Shown: positions 8,761 through 17,440, counted from the stretch's first letter. The stretch: 28,804 nt of DNA from an uncultured bacterium (GCA_963977015.1 CAXBMO010000042.1:1-28804), one strand, 5' to 3'. Notes: generated from the sequence alone by a model not told the origin. Made by a program: numbers and translations.

Positions 8761-9540
8761 ATGACTGATTCTGACAACGCAACGAATGGGGGCAAACTTT
8801 CTGCGAATTCTAATCCGATTAGCCTTGCCGGAAAGCTGGCGGCGGTGTTCCGGGAACATGGTTTGTCCGAAGGAGTTGGCGTCTTGATCCACTATGGCGT
8901 GGACCGCGCGGCGGACGCCTGGTTTGGAATTGGCACAAGGCGGTGTGTGAATTTGGCCGGCCTTGGCTATGAATCCGAGGATTTTGTCGATTACGCACCG
9001 ATAACCTACTGGGCGTTCTGGATTGCCCTGAACCGTTGCCGGATTGTCCCGGAAGACGTTTTTGTCGATTTCGGCGTTGGCCGTGGCCGTTGTCTCGTGG
9101 TTGCCGGTACCCGGCGTTTTCGGAAGGTGATCGGCGTTGAATTGGTTCCCGAACTGGCGCAACAAGCCCGCAGCAATATGGAACTGGCCCGAAAACGATT
9201 GCGGTGCAAAAGTTGGGAAGTCGTCGAAACAAATGCCGAACAATTTTCGATACCCGCGGAATCTACCATCCTGCATTTTTACAATCCGTTTCGCGGACCG
9301 ACCTTGGATCGCGTGATTGTGAACTTGGCCGACTCCCTGCGCAATCATCCCCGGCAAATCACGGTTCTTTTCGGCAATCCAGACGATTTCCAACGCATCC
9401 TCAATGTCGGGGAACCGATTCCGGAATCCTGGGTGAAGCAGAATAAGATCGTAAAATGGCCCGGATACCGCCCGAATGACGATTTACTGGGAAATCTTTA
9501 TCGAGTCTACAAAATCGACTCAACAAAAGCCGAAACCTGA
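8761..9540 (+). CDS. Class I SAM-dependent methyltransferase
   Basis: VFVDFGVGRGR (motif I), VIGVEL (motif II), HFYNPF. Confidence 0.9.
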   Translation: MTDSDNATNGGKLSANSNPISLAGKLAAVFREHGLSEGVGVLIHYGVDRAADAWFGIGTRRCVNLAGLGYESEDFVDYAPITYWAFWIALNRCRIVPEDVFVDFGVGRGRCLVVAGTRRFRKVIGVELVPELAQQARSNMELARKRLRCKSWEVVETNAEQFSIPAESTILHFYNPFRGPTLDRVIVNLADSLRNHPRQITVLFGNPDDFQRILNVGEPIPESWVKQNKIVKWPGYRPNDDLLGNLYRVYKIDSTKAET

Positions 9541-9543
9541 AAC

Positions 9544-9711
9544 ATGGAAAAGTTTCTGGCAAAAGAGTTTGACCGAGGGTGCCGCTACGACCGGTCCGTT
9601 TTCAATGCGCGTAGAGGACTGGATCACCAAGATCGCGGGTACGACCGCTTGTCCCATCCCGATCGCGATAATCAGGTCGACCAGTGTCCGCTCAGGCGGA
9701 ACGCCTGGTAG
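9544..9711 (+). CDS. 55-aa Asp/Arg-rich peptide or gene remnant resembling the tail of 15167-16030
   Basis: MEKFLAKEFDRGCRYDRSVFNARRGLDHQDRGYDRLSHPDRDNQVDQCPLRRNAW; starts 3 nt after the methyltransferase stop. Confidence 0.45.
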   Translation: MEKFLAKEFDRGCRYDRSVFNARRGLDHQDRGYDRLSHPDRDNQVDQCPLRRNAW

Positions 9712-9744
9712 CGACGCCACGCCTGAATGAGAGTTTCATTCGAG

Positions 9745-10082
9745 TTCCGACATCTCAAGGCGAATGAAGTCTTTGGCCCGCTGAACCAATATCCACCCTC
9801 ATGTTTGTCGTCGGCTTCGTCGCATTAGGAGCAAACTTCGCCTGCCCCATGCTCCCCGCCAAGCATCGCAAAGGCGAAGTCCTCATCCGTGCCAGCTGGA
9901 TTTTTTCCAAAAACGATGTCATTGCCCATATCGGAAACATCGCGGCGGCGGTTTTGGTCCATTTGACCGGATTACGATGGCCTGACCTCGCGATTGGTTT
10001 GATCATCGTCACCGTCGTCTTTCGCGGCGGGGTCGAGATCGTTGGGGAAGCCAGAAAGGCTGCCAAACTGTCGGAGGCGTAA
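9745..10082 (+). pseudogene. Truncated, degenerate copy of the CDF gene (3' half)
   Basis: KHRKGEVLIRASWIFSKNDVIA...WPDLAIGLII nearly matches 7514-8125; similarity continues out of frame to about 9745; the 5' half is missing. Confidence 0.85.
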
Positions 10083-10116
10083 GCCGAAGCGCGAGGGCAG
10101 GTTCGCGCTCCGGCTT
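10081..10116 (-). terminator. Hairpin between convergent genes
   Basis: AAGCCGGAGCGCGA/TCGCGCTTCGGCTT 14-bp stem with one G-U pair on the minus strand, downstream of peptide 2. Confidence 0.6.
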
Positions 10117-10149
10117 CCGATTGGTTGTCAGGTTGGGAGGGTAGGGAAA

Positions 10150-10407
10150 TTAGTAGCCCTTGCGCTGCAGATGCCTTCGGATGATTGAGGTTTGTCTCTT
10201 TTCTTTGCCGATGTTGAGGCCGACTGTCGATTGGCGTTGCGTGGACTGCTGCACGGTTTGCCCTGATTCCCTTGCCTCTTTCGCTTTTTCCTGGTGCTCC
10301 TTACGAACACGCTGGAACGATTGGTAGTTGGACTTGGTTGGAGGTACAGCCCAGGAAACGCCGACTGCCAAGACCAAAAAGGATATTAAGTAGATGGGTT
10401 TTTTCAT
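10150..10407 (-). CDS. Small secreted basic peptide, paralog 2
   Basis: MKKPIY...VSWA|VPPTKS...TVGLNI...HLQRKGY. Confidence 0.88.
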   Translation of the reverse strand: MKKPIYLISFLVLAVGVSWAVPPTKSNYQSFQRVRKEHQEKAKEARESGQTVQQSTQRQSTVGLNIGKEKRQTSIIRRHLQRKGY

Positions 10408-10431
10408 TGATATAGAGGTTGTTCATAGGGT

Positions 10432-10459
10432 TTAAACCCGCCCAAAGCATCACCCCTCA
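10432..10459 (-). promoter_or_regulatory. ECF-type promoter P3 (A-type)
   Basis: TGAGGGGT-N13-GGTTTAA upstream of ATG 10407. Confidence 0.75.
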
Positions 10460-10525
10460 CGTTCGTTGAAATTTCGGTCTTTTTGGGGCCCGGAAGAACG
10501 GCAACCAAGCCAAATTCAGCTTTTC

Positions 10526-10554
10526 TGAGGGCTTGCCGACCATTTGGTGTTTTA
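10526..10554 (+). promoter_or_regulatory. ECF-type promoter P4 (A-type variant; autoregulation of cascade 1)
   Basis: TGAGGGCT-N14-TGTTTTA, 13 nt upstream of ATG 10568. Confidence 0.65.
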
Positions 10555-10567
10555 TCTTACGACAATC

Positions 10568-10921
10568 ATGAATCCTCCGAATCCAGATTCCGATAACGAT
10601 CCCAAGCTCCGCGAAACGCTGCAATCCTGGGATGTCGAAATGACCGCTCCGCCCGGTTTTCGCCGGGAAGTCTGGCAGCGGATCGCAGTTCGTAGCGAAC
10701 CCAAGGCCTTTTGGGTGCGTCACTTTCAGTCTTTTGGCGAGTTCTTCGCCCACCCCGTGGTCGCCGGAGGGGTGGCACTCTTGGTGATCGGCGTTGCCGT
10801 CGCCAGTGCGCGAGTCCATTCAGGGATCGCTGCCCAACAAAGAATGCACGAGTTGAGCGAACAATACGTCGTCAGCATCGACCCGCTTTTGAGAAGCCAT
10901 TTCCATCCTGAGAAGCCATGA
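10568..10921 (+). CDS. Putative single-TM anti-sigma factor (CnrY position), cascade 1
   Basis: LRETLQSW...FRREVWQRI N-domain and one TM helix; ATGA overlap with the next gene. Confidence 0.8.
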   Translation: MNPPNPDSDNDPKLRETLQSWDVEMTAPPGFRREVWQRIAVRSEPKAFWVRHFQSFGEFFAHPVVAGGVALLVIGVAVASARVHSGIAAQQRMHELSEQYVVSIDPLLRSHFHPEKP

Positions 10922-11433
10922 AAAAGGGACTCTTGATCTTTGTCGCTATTCTTCTGACTGGCGCAGTCGCCTATTGCGCAGTTTTTCGCTGGTCGTATGC
11001 CCATACCGCGATGATGAGCCAGTCGCAAGACGCCGAATTGGAGTGGCTGCGCCACGAATTCTCTCTTTCGGCCGATCAGTTTGAAACGGTGCGCGAACTT
11101 CACGCGGCTCACGATTTGGAATGCCTCAGACACTGCGAAGCCCTTGCGCTCAGCAATGATCGGTTGTTTCGCCTGATGCGGGAGAGCACGGAGATCACGC
11201 CAGAAATCGAAACGGCCCTCCAAGCGGCAACGGAACTGCGCGAAGAATGCCGACGTTCGACTTTGCGACACATCTACGAGGTTAGCCAACACATGAACAC
11301 CGAATCTGCGCAGCGTTACCGTGAGACGATGACGGCGCGCTTGGTGGATTCCGGACTGCACCACCGCACCGCTATTTCGCCCACTTCCCTGGATTGGAAG
11401 GGCTCACACGGTCATCAGCCAGCGAACCACTAG
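10918..11433 (+). CDS. Periplasmic heavy-metal sensor, CnrX/Spy-CpxP-like, Cys-containing variant
   Basis: N-terminal TM, WLRHEFSLSADQF, ECLRHC, EECRRSTLRHIYEV. Confidence 0.82.
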   Translation: MKKGLLIFVAILLTGAVAYCAVFRWSYAHTAMMSQSQDAELEWLRHEFSLSADQFETVRELHAAHDLECLRHCEALALSNDRLFRLMRESTEITPEIETALQAATELREECRRSTLRHIYEVSQHMNTESAQRYRETMTARLVDSGLHHRTAISPTSLDWKGSHGHQPANH

Positions 11434-12039
11434 ATGAAAAGCGACAAGGAGGGATCCGAGCGTGACGCCGCAGACAAGGCTGCGATGACTCAGCTTCGCG
11501 AGGGCAACGATTTGGCGCTCAACGCGATTATGGAGCATTGGGAGCAGCCGTTGCTTTCGTTTCTCTATCGCTACACCACCAATTGGAGCGTGGCGGTGGA
11601 TTTGGCGCAGGAAACCTTCGTTAAAGTGTTTCAGAGCCGAATGCGCTATCGGCCCAAGGGGCAGTTTTCGACCTGGCTCTTTTCAATCGCGATGAACTTG
11701 GCCCGAAATGAGGCGCGTTGGCGCAAACGAAATCCGCAAAGCGCGATGTCGGGCGCGGCTGAAGACGAACGGCAGTTGGCTGCGTTGGATTCCGCGGAAA
11801 TTCGGCCCGATGATGCCGCGGCGGGAAACGATCGTGCGCGAATGGTGCGCGAGGCGATCCGCGAGTTGCCGGGCGATTTGCGCACGGTGGTCTTGCTTTC
11901 CGAGTATGAAGGGATGACGCAGCGGGAGATAGGTGACGTGTTAGGTTGCACACCGAAAGCCGTGGAAACACGACTTTACCGTGCGCGGAAGCTTTTGCGG
12001 GACAAGCTGAAGGATGCCGTTGGCGACGTTATGGCGTAG
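11434..12039 (+). CDS. ECF RNA polymerase sigma factor (CnrH-like), cascade 1
   Basis: Region 2 DLAQETF...FSTWLFSIAMN; region 4 EIGDVLGCTPKAVETRLYRARK. Confidence 0.95.
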   Translation: MKSDKEGSERDAADKAAMTQLREGNDLALNAIMEHWEQPLLSFLYRYTTNWSVAVDLAQETFVKVFQSRMRYRPKGQFSTWLFSIAMNLARNEARWRKRNPQSAMSGAAEDERQLAALDSAEIRPDDAAAGNDRARMVREAIRELPGDLRTVVLLSEYEGMTQREIGDVLGCTPKAVETRLYRARKLLRDKLKDAVGDVMA

Positions 12040-12188
12040 TTTCTGGAATACGAGTTGCCCCAACGAAGGACTCAATGATGTCATCGGACGTCTCTCTCCA
12101 TGAATCGTAGGGGGATTCTTGTGGCGGATGTACAAGTCCCGTTGGCGTGTTGCTCAAGTGCATTTTACCGAAGAAAAGGTTTGCTCGC

Positions 12189-12335
12189 CTAGCAGGGTGT
12201 TGATTTAGTCGTGTATTTTTCTCGTCGAGGATATTTCGTTATGTCGCGGCATTTGTAACTCGTTGATTTTCAGCAGTCAAAATTTTGAGATACTAACCTT
12301 TTTAGATGAGTAACAGTTTTTCAACACCCTGCTAG
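12189..12335. mobile_element. MITE (non-autonomous IS derivative) with CTAG flanks
   Basis: Perfect 15-bp inverted repeat CTAGCAGGGTGTTGA (12189-12203) / TCAACACCCTGCTAG (12321-12335) around an AT-rich non-coding core. Confidence 0.75.
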
Positions 12336-12551
12336 TCACTTCATTGCTGAACACGGGAAAGCTTCCGCGTAATTCCCACTCCCTCACCCAAATTCGAGTT
12401 GACCAAGAGCCTTTGAAACGATTGGTTCCGTGAAATGGGAATGGATTCCATCCTTGCCAGGAAGCAGGCGATCTCGCTGTCGCAGAATTGAAATCTGCAG
12501 TTGCTTCTGTCACCTATAATCGTTTGGCTAAAAGAGGCAAAACCTGTAATC

Positions 12552-13619
12552 ATGGCAAAGCCCCGCGCCTTCCTCAGTTCCACATGTTTCGATTTGAACG
12601 ACGTCCGATCTGGTCTGTCTGCATTCTTGTCTGATTATGGCTTCGAAGTTCTCAATTCACAAGATACGAGTGGCTTCGGAGTCAATCCCGGGACTCATTC
12701 ACATACGGCCTGCATCGAAGAGGTTGCGAATAGTGACTATCTACTGCTGATAATTGGGGGGCGTGCTGGTAGTGCCTACATCGAATCCCTCAGCACTATC
12801 ACGAACGAAGAATTCAATCAGGCACAGAAATTGAAAATTCCTGTAATTGCCTTTGTCCGACGGTCGGTCTTCAACGCAGTTCCGATTTACAAAAAGAATC
12901 CAAAGGGTGATTTTAGCGGCATTGTGGACAATGTAAAAGTATTTCACTTCATCGAATATGTTTCGTCAGGTCACGAATCAAACTGGCTTCATACCTTTGA
13001 AAATGCCGAAGATATAATTGCAATCCTAAAGGGCCAATTTGCCCACTACCTACTCAACTACTCCAAAATATTGAGGACGCCTAGCATGGGCAAACGGGAA
13101 AAAAACGAGTTGGTTGTAGTCCCGCTCCCTGAATCACTTCCACAAATAGATCAACTTTCCGACGATCAAGACGAACTCGTCTCAATCAGGAAAGGCACCA
13201 AGTTGCTTCATCAAATCATTTCTTCAATCGTGAATGGCGAGGGGAGCAAGGCGGGAAAATCTGAGAAACTGAAAACCTTGTGGGTTTTTGGATGTTATGC
13301 AGAGGATTCAAATACCGAAACACTCTATGTTAGACAGCCAGTTTTTAAGGACATGGCGTGGTCATATTCGAAAGGTGAAAGAGTATTTCAGTCGATGCGC
13401 CCTCTCGGTCTGAGCGGCAGTGTCCAAGATATTGTGTCCGAGGGATTTGACCATGAAATTCCTGCTTTTTCGCTATGTTATGATGGGGAAGAGGGAGAAC
13501 GCTGGGACTTTCGACATGCATTGACGAGCATTTCCCAAACCCTAGCCAAGCGATACGGCGAAGCCGATGGTCTCAAGCTCTTTTGCAAAGGCGACTTTCG
13601 GATTCTCGGTGAGGACTAG
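12552..13619 (+). CDS. DUF4062-domain (TIR-like/NDT-like fold) protein
   Basis: MAKPRAFLSSTCFDL...ACIEEVANSDYLLLIIGGRAGS...ITNEEFNQA; visibly lower GC than the efflux genes. Confidence 0.8.
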   Translation: MAKPRAFLSSTCFDLNDVRSGLSAFLSDYGFEVLNSQDTSGFGVNPGTHSHTACIEEVANSDYLLLIIGGRAGSAYIESLSTITNEEFNQAQKLKIPVIAFVRRSVFNAVPIYKKNPKGDFSGIVDNVKVFHFIEYVSSGHESNWLHTFENAEDIIAILKGQFAHYLLNYSKILRTPSMGKREKNELVVVPLPESLPQIDQLSDDQDELVSIRKGTKLLHQIISSIVNGEGSKAGKSEKLKTLWVFGCYAEDSNTETLYVRQPVFKDMAWSYSKGERVFQSMRPLGLSGSVQDIVSEGFDHEIPAFSLCYDGEEGERWDFRHALTSISQTLAKRYGEADGLKLFCKGDFRILGED

Positions 13620-13724
13620 TCTAAAAGTTAGCATGCTACAATCTATCGATGGCAAAGCTTGCGCTACAGAAAGCGTTCTGACCTGGGGGGAGATCAAGAA
13701 TCTATCCCAATAATATTCATCACC

Positions 13725-14817
13725 ATGAGTGTCGACAAATCTTCGATGGGCTTCTTTGAGCGCCATCTTACCGTCTGGGTGGCGCTTTGTATTATCGCGG
13801 GCATTGCCCTCGGCAAACTTGCGCCTAATCTCGCTCAAACGCTCGACGGGATGGCAATCGACGTGAATGGCGCTCTGGTGGTTTCCATTCCCATCGCCAT
13901 TTGCCTCTTTTTCATGATGTACCCGATCATGGTGAAAATCGACTTTGGCGAAGTGGTCCAGGCAAGCCGTAATCCCAAGCCGGTTCTCCTCACCCTGATT
14001 GTCAATTGGGCAATCAAACCCTTCACCATGCTGGGGATCGCTACGTTGTTTCTCAGCTACTTTTTCAAAGACCTCCTTCCAGGCACTGAAGTTCAAAGGT
14101 GGCGCAGAAGTTGAACTCTACCGCTCTTATATATCCGGTGCGATTCTGCTCGGGATTGCTCCCTGCACCGCCATGGTGCTGGTATGGGGATACCTCGCAC
14201 GTGGAAACCAAGGACTCACTTTGGTAATGGTAGCCATCAATTCCCTCACGATGTTGCTGCTCTACGGCATCCTCGGGGGCTGGCTACTGGGTGTCAATCG
14301 AATGCCTGTTCCTTGGCAATCCCTATTGCTTTCGGTCACCATCTACGTCGCGCTGCCGTTGGTAGCGGGTTACCTATCGCGCCGCTGGATCATGAAGGCC
14401 AAAGGCCCACAGTGGTTCGAGCAAAAATTTCTCCACCTCCTGACGCCGGTGTCGATTACGGCACTCCTAGCCACCTTAGTGCTACTTTTCAGCTTTAAGG
14501 GGGAAACCATCCTTGCGAATCCGCTCACCATTCTCTGGATCGCCATCCCGCTTGCCGTACAAACGCTGCTGATTTTTACGCTGACGTATATCGCAGCGAA
14601 GTTTCTAAAGTTCAGCTACGAAAACGCTGCTCCTTCGGCCATGATTGGTACGTCCAACCATTTCGAGGTAGCCATCGCTACGGCGGTAATGCTCTTCGGC
14701 CTATCTTCAGGGGCTGCGCTCGTCACTGTCGTCGGCGTGCTTATCGAGGTGCCGCTGATGCTCTTTCTAGTTCGTGTCTGTCAGAAGGCGCGGGGCTGGT
14801 TTGGTCAGCAAGTGTAG
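13725..14817 (+). pseudogene. acr3: ACR3-family arsenite efflux transporter, frameshifted near 14094
   Basis: [23 protein letters not shown] and NWAIKPFTM in one frame; [20 protein letters not shown] and GVLIEVPLM in the next frame. Confidence 0.88.
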
Positions 14818-15166
14818 GTGCCGGAGTCTTTGTTTAAACTTTCCATTTGCGCGACCAAGATTCCCAGAAATTCGCGGCAAAGGTTGGGCGGGCAAACTCA
14901 TTGAGCCGTCTCAATATACGACGGTTCAAGCGAATTCGAACAGCTTACGAACGAGGAGAACTCATCGGCATCATCGCCGTAGAATGCCGCTACCACAGAC
15001 CGATCGACACGATCGGCATTTCCATCACCGGTTGTCGTGCTTCGAGGATTTCAGATTCTTGGTGACGCCTTGAGTAAACGTTAGTGCTGGCTTCCCAATT
15101 TCGAAGCGACGACCGATTTCTTGAGGCATTTTCGCAGGACCCGCTTTTCCTAGCGTCTACCCGCGC

Positions 15167-16030
15167 ATGACACCTCCCCTCCGTTTGTCCATCGTGGGTT
15201 TGTTCACTGCCCTTTCCGTTCCCTTCGCATTTGCCCAAAACCACGACGGTCACGACCACTCCAGCCATAATCATGTTCATGGTTCTGCCGCTGCCAAGTC
15301 ACCACAAATCAATCAGAGCGACCAAATTACTCTGAATCAGGAAACTCGCGACCGACTGGGAATCCGGCTAGGCATGGTTGACCTGCGAGAGTTTGGCAAC
15401 GGGACTGACGCGGTTATCGCGATTCCGAAAAGCAGCGTATTTCAAGAAAACGGCAAAACCTACGTTCTGGCTCAATCTCAGAATGACAAATCCCAATTCG
15501 AACGTTGGGAAGTGAAATTGGGAGCTAGCGATTCTGAATTTGTGGAGGCCGTGAGCGGCGTTTTCCCTGGCGACAACATTGTGGCAAACGGCACGGAACT
15601 CCTCACTCAGTCCGGCTCCGAAACCGCCGAATCTTCACCTCCGGGCCTTTCTTTTTCCCAACCGAACCAATTCAACGAAAACCGCACGAACCAGTTCAGT
15701 CAGCGTGTAGAGCCCCGTTACGACTCCAGATATGCACCCGACGACAATCAGCACGGTTCGTTTTCCTGCCCATTTGATCAGCACGGCGACACACATTCCG
15801 CTCCCCGCGAGAGGTATTCGCGGGACCATCACGACTACACGCATTCCCGTTCCTACGACTTATACCATCGCGACGATGATTATTCCCATTCTCGCTCCCG
15901 CAGAGATTCATCCGATTACCTGCACGGACACACTTCGCGTTACGATGATTACCATTCCGAAGGTCACGATCGCTACTATGGGCACGATCGCTCATTCGAC
16001 CGCTCTTGCCCGCTGGAGAGGCGTTGGTAA
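15167..16030 (+). CDS. Secreted protein: His-rich N-terminus, MFP-like C-terminal beta domain, long His/Asp/Arg/Tyr/Ser-rich tail
   Basis: AFA|QNHDGHDHSSHNHVH; IAIPKSSVF...VKLGASD...EAVSGVFPGDNIV; tail DHHDYTHSRSYD...CPLERRW. Confidence 0.82.
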   Translation: MTPPLRLSIVGLFTALSVPFAFAQNHDGHDHSSHNHVHGSAAAKSPQINQSDQITLNQETRDRLGIRLGMVDLREFGNGTDAVIAIPKSSVFQENGKTYVLAQSQNDKSQFERWEVKLGASDSEFVEAVSGVFPGDNIVANGTELLTQSGSETAESSPPGLSFSQPNQFNENRTNQFSQRVEPRYDSRYAPDDNQHGSFSCPFDQHGDTHSAPRERYSRDHHDYTHSRSYDLYHRDDDYSHSRSRRDSSDYLHGHTSRYDDYHSEGHDRYYGHDRSFDRSCPLERRW

Positions 16031-16040
16031 TTTCCGCCGC

Positions 16041-16619
16041 TCAGCTCTCTTTCGTCATTTTCAGGGCCAAAAAGCGTTTTGCCCGGCGCACCCGGGATTC
16101 CACCGCCCTCACCGTGCATCCCAGCTTTTTTGCGGTTTCAGCTTGGGAGTGACCTTCCAGCGCGAACAAGATTAATGCGTCTCTTAGCGGTGGCGGTAGG
16201 GTAGAGATAGCTTGGTGCAATCGGGCAATTTCTTCAGACAGCGACGCTTCTTCATCGGGGGCGGCTTCAAGCGCGAGTCTTCCGTCATTTTCAAGGTTGG
16301 ATTCCTGAAGGACGGCGGCAAAGTCTCCCGGACGCCGTTTCCGTTTTCGGAGGTGGTCGCGGCACAAATTGGCAGCGATGGCATAGAGCCAGGTTTGGAA
16401 TTTAGCGTCCGATCTTACTCGATAGCGGTGACGTTTGGAATACGCTCTGTAAAACGTTTGGGAAAGGACATCTGATGCCTCATGGGCATCCTGAAGGTGC
16501 CAGTAAATAAAGCGGAACAGACCTTCGTTGTGAAGCTCAATCAGCTCTTCAAGGGCAGCTTCATCCCCCGTCTTGAATCGCTCGACCAGCGACGAATCGT
16601 CATCCTCCTTCCCGGACAT
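16041..16619 (-). CDS. ECF RNA polymerase sigma factor (CnrH-like), cascade 2
   Basis: DVLSQTF...FQTWLYAIAANLCRD; SQAETAKKLGCTVRAVESRVRRA. Confidence 0.95.
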   Translation of the reverse strand: MSGKEDDDSSLVERFKTGDEAALEELIELHNEGLFRFIYWHLQDAHEASDVLSQTFYRAYSKRHRYRVRSDAKFQTWLYAIAANLCRDHLRKRKRRPGDFAAVLQESNLENDGRLALEAAPDEEASLSEEIARLHQAISTLPPPLRDALILFALEGHSQAETAKKLGCTVRAVESRVRRAKRFLALKMTKES

Positions 16620-16633
16620 AGAGAAGTTTTGGG

Positions 16634-17098
16634 TTACTTGCTCGGACCAGTTGACCGGTTGCGCAGCGCTTCCGTTACCAGCTTTAGCAGCTTTTCAAAT
16701 TGCTCTGGAGTGAGGGCGGCTTCCATCTCCAAAAGGTGCTCGATGGTTGCCTTCTGGAGTTCCCCTTGGATTTCATGGATCTCGGTGATGATGGCGTCTA
16801 CTTGGGACGAGTAGGCGCGGTCGCGTTCCAGTGCGTCGGCCAATTCGGAGACCGCCCTGGCGTTAGCGGCTTTCAGTTCGGCTTCGCGGTCAAGAAAGTG
16901 TTGTTCGATCGTTTCCAGCGAGCTTACTTGCTTCGGGCTCAGCCCCAAATCCCGCTGGAGAACTTCGTGAGCATGGGCGTGAAGTTGGGGATGGTGATCG
17001 GCTGGCCGGAAAAACCGGAGAGCCAACGCACAGCCCAGCGCAGCGGCGGTCAAAACGCACAAAAAGAGAAGCGCCCCGTTTTTCCAGGTCAAACTCAT
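16634..17098 (-). CDS. CnrX/NccX-like periplasmic heavy-metal sensor, cascade 2
   Basis: ATG 17098 (ATGA overlap); TM, HAHAHEVL...IEQHF...ELQKATIEHLLEM, matching the CnrX-type HxxEM site. Confidence 0.88.
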   Translation of the reverse strand: MSLTWKNGALLFLCVLTAAALGCALALRFFRPADHHPQLHAHAHEVLQRDLGLSPKQVSSLETIEQHFLDREAELKAANARAVSELADALERDRAYSSQVDAIITEIHEIQGELQKATIEHLLEMEAALTPEQFEKLLKLVTEALRNRSTGPSK

Positions 17099-17421
17099 CG
17101 GCCCAAGATTATTTGATACGGCATGCCGGAGGCTTCTGCGTCGAAAACGGCCAGCCTCAATGAATCGCGCAGGGGATCGGTCGAGTCTTTGTTTTGTGAG
17201 AATGCTGAGATCCCTCCCCAAACTAAGCCGAACACCAGAGCCACGCAGGCCAAGGCAGCACTTAACTGCGAGAAACTCAGCCAGGCAAAGCAGGGTTCGG
17301 GAGTCGCTTCGGAATCGCGCAATTTGCGCACCGCCCGAAGCACTTGATGAGGAGGTGGGGCAACGGGGAGCGACGTGACACTTAGGTTCTCCAACAATTC
17401 GTCGATGTGTTGTGGCGTCAT
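17095..17421 (-). CDS. Putative single-TM anti-sigma factor (CnrY position), cascade 2
   Basis: MTPQHIDELLENL...VLRAVR, one TM helix, LAVFD; downstream of promoter P5. Confidence 0.8.
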   Translation of the reverse strand: MTPQHIDELLENLSVTSLPVAPPPHQVLRAVRKLRDSEATPEPCFAWLSFSQLSAALACVALVFGLVWGGISAFSQNKDSTDPLRDSLRLAVFDAEASGMPYQIILGR

Positions 17422-17440
17422 GATGTGTGTGTTTAGGGGG

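Noticed and set aside
12105-12136. TAGGGGGATTCTTGTGGCGGATGTACAA as a tenth ECF promoter
   Set aside because: The -10 box is poor and no gene lies downstream; at most a decayed copy.
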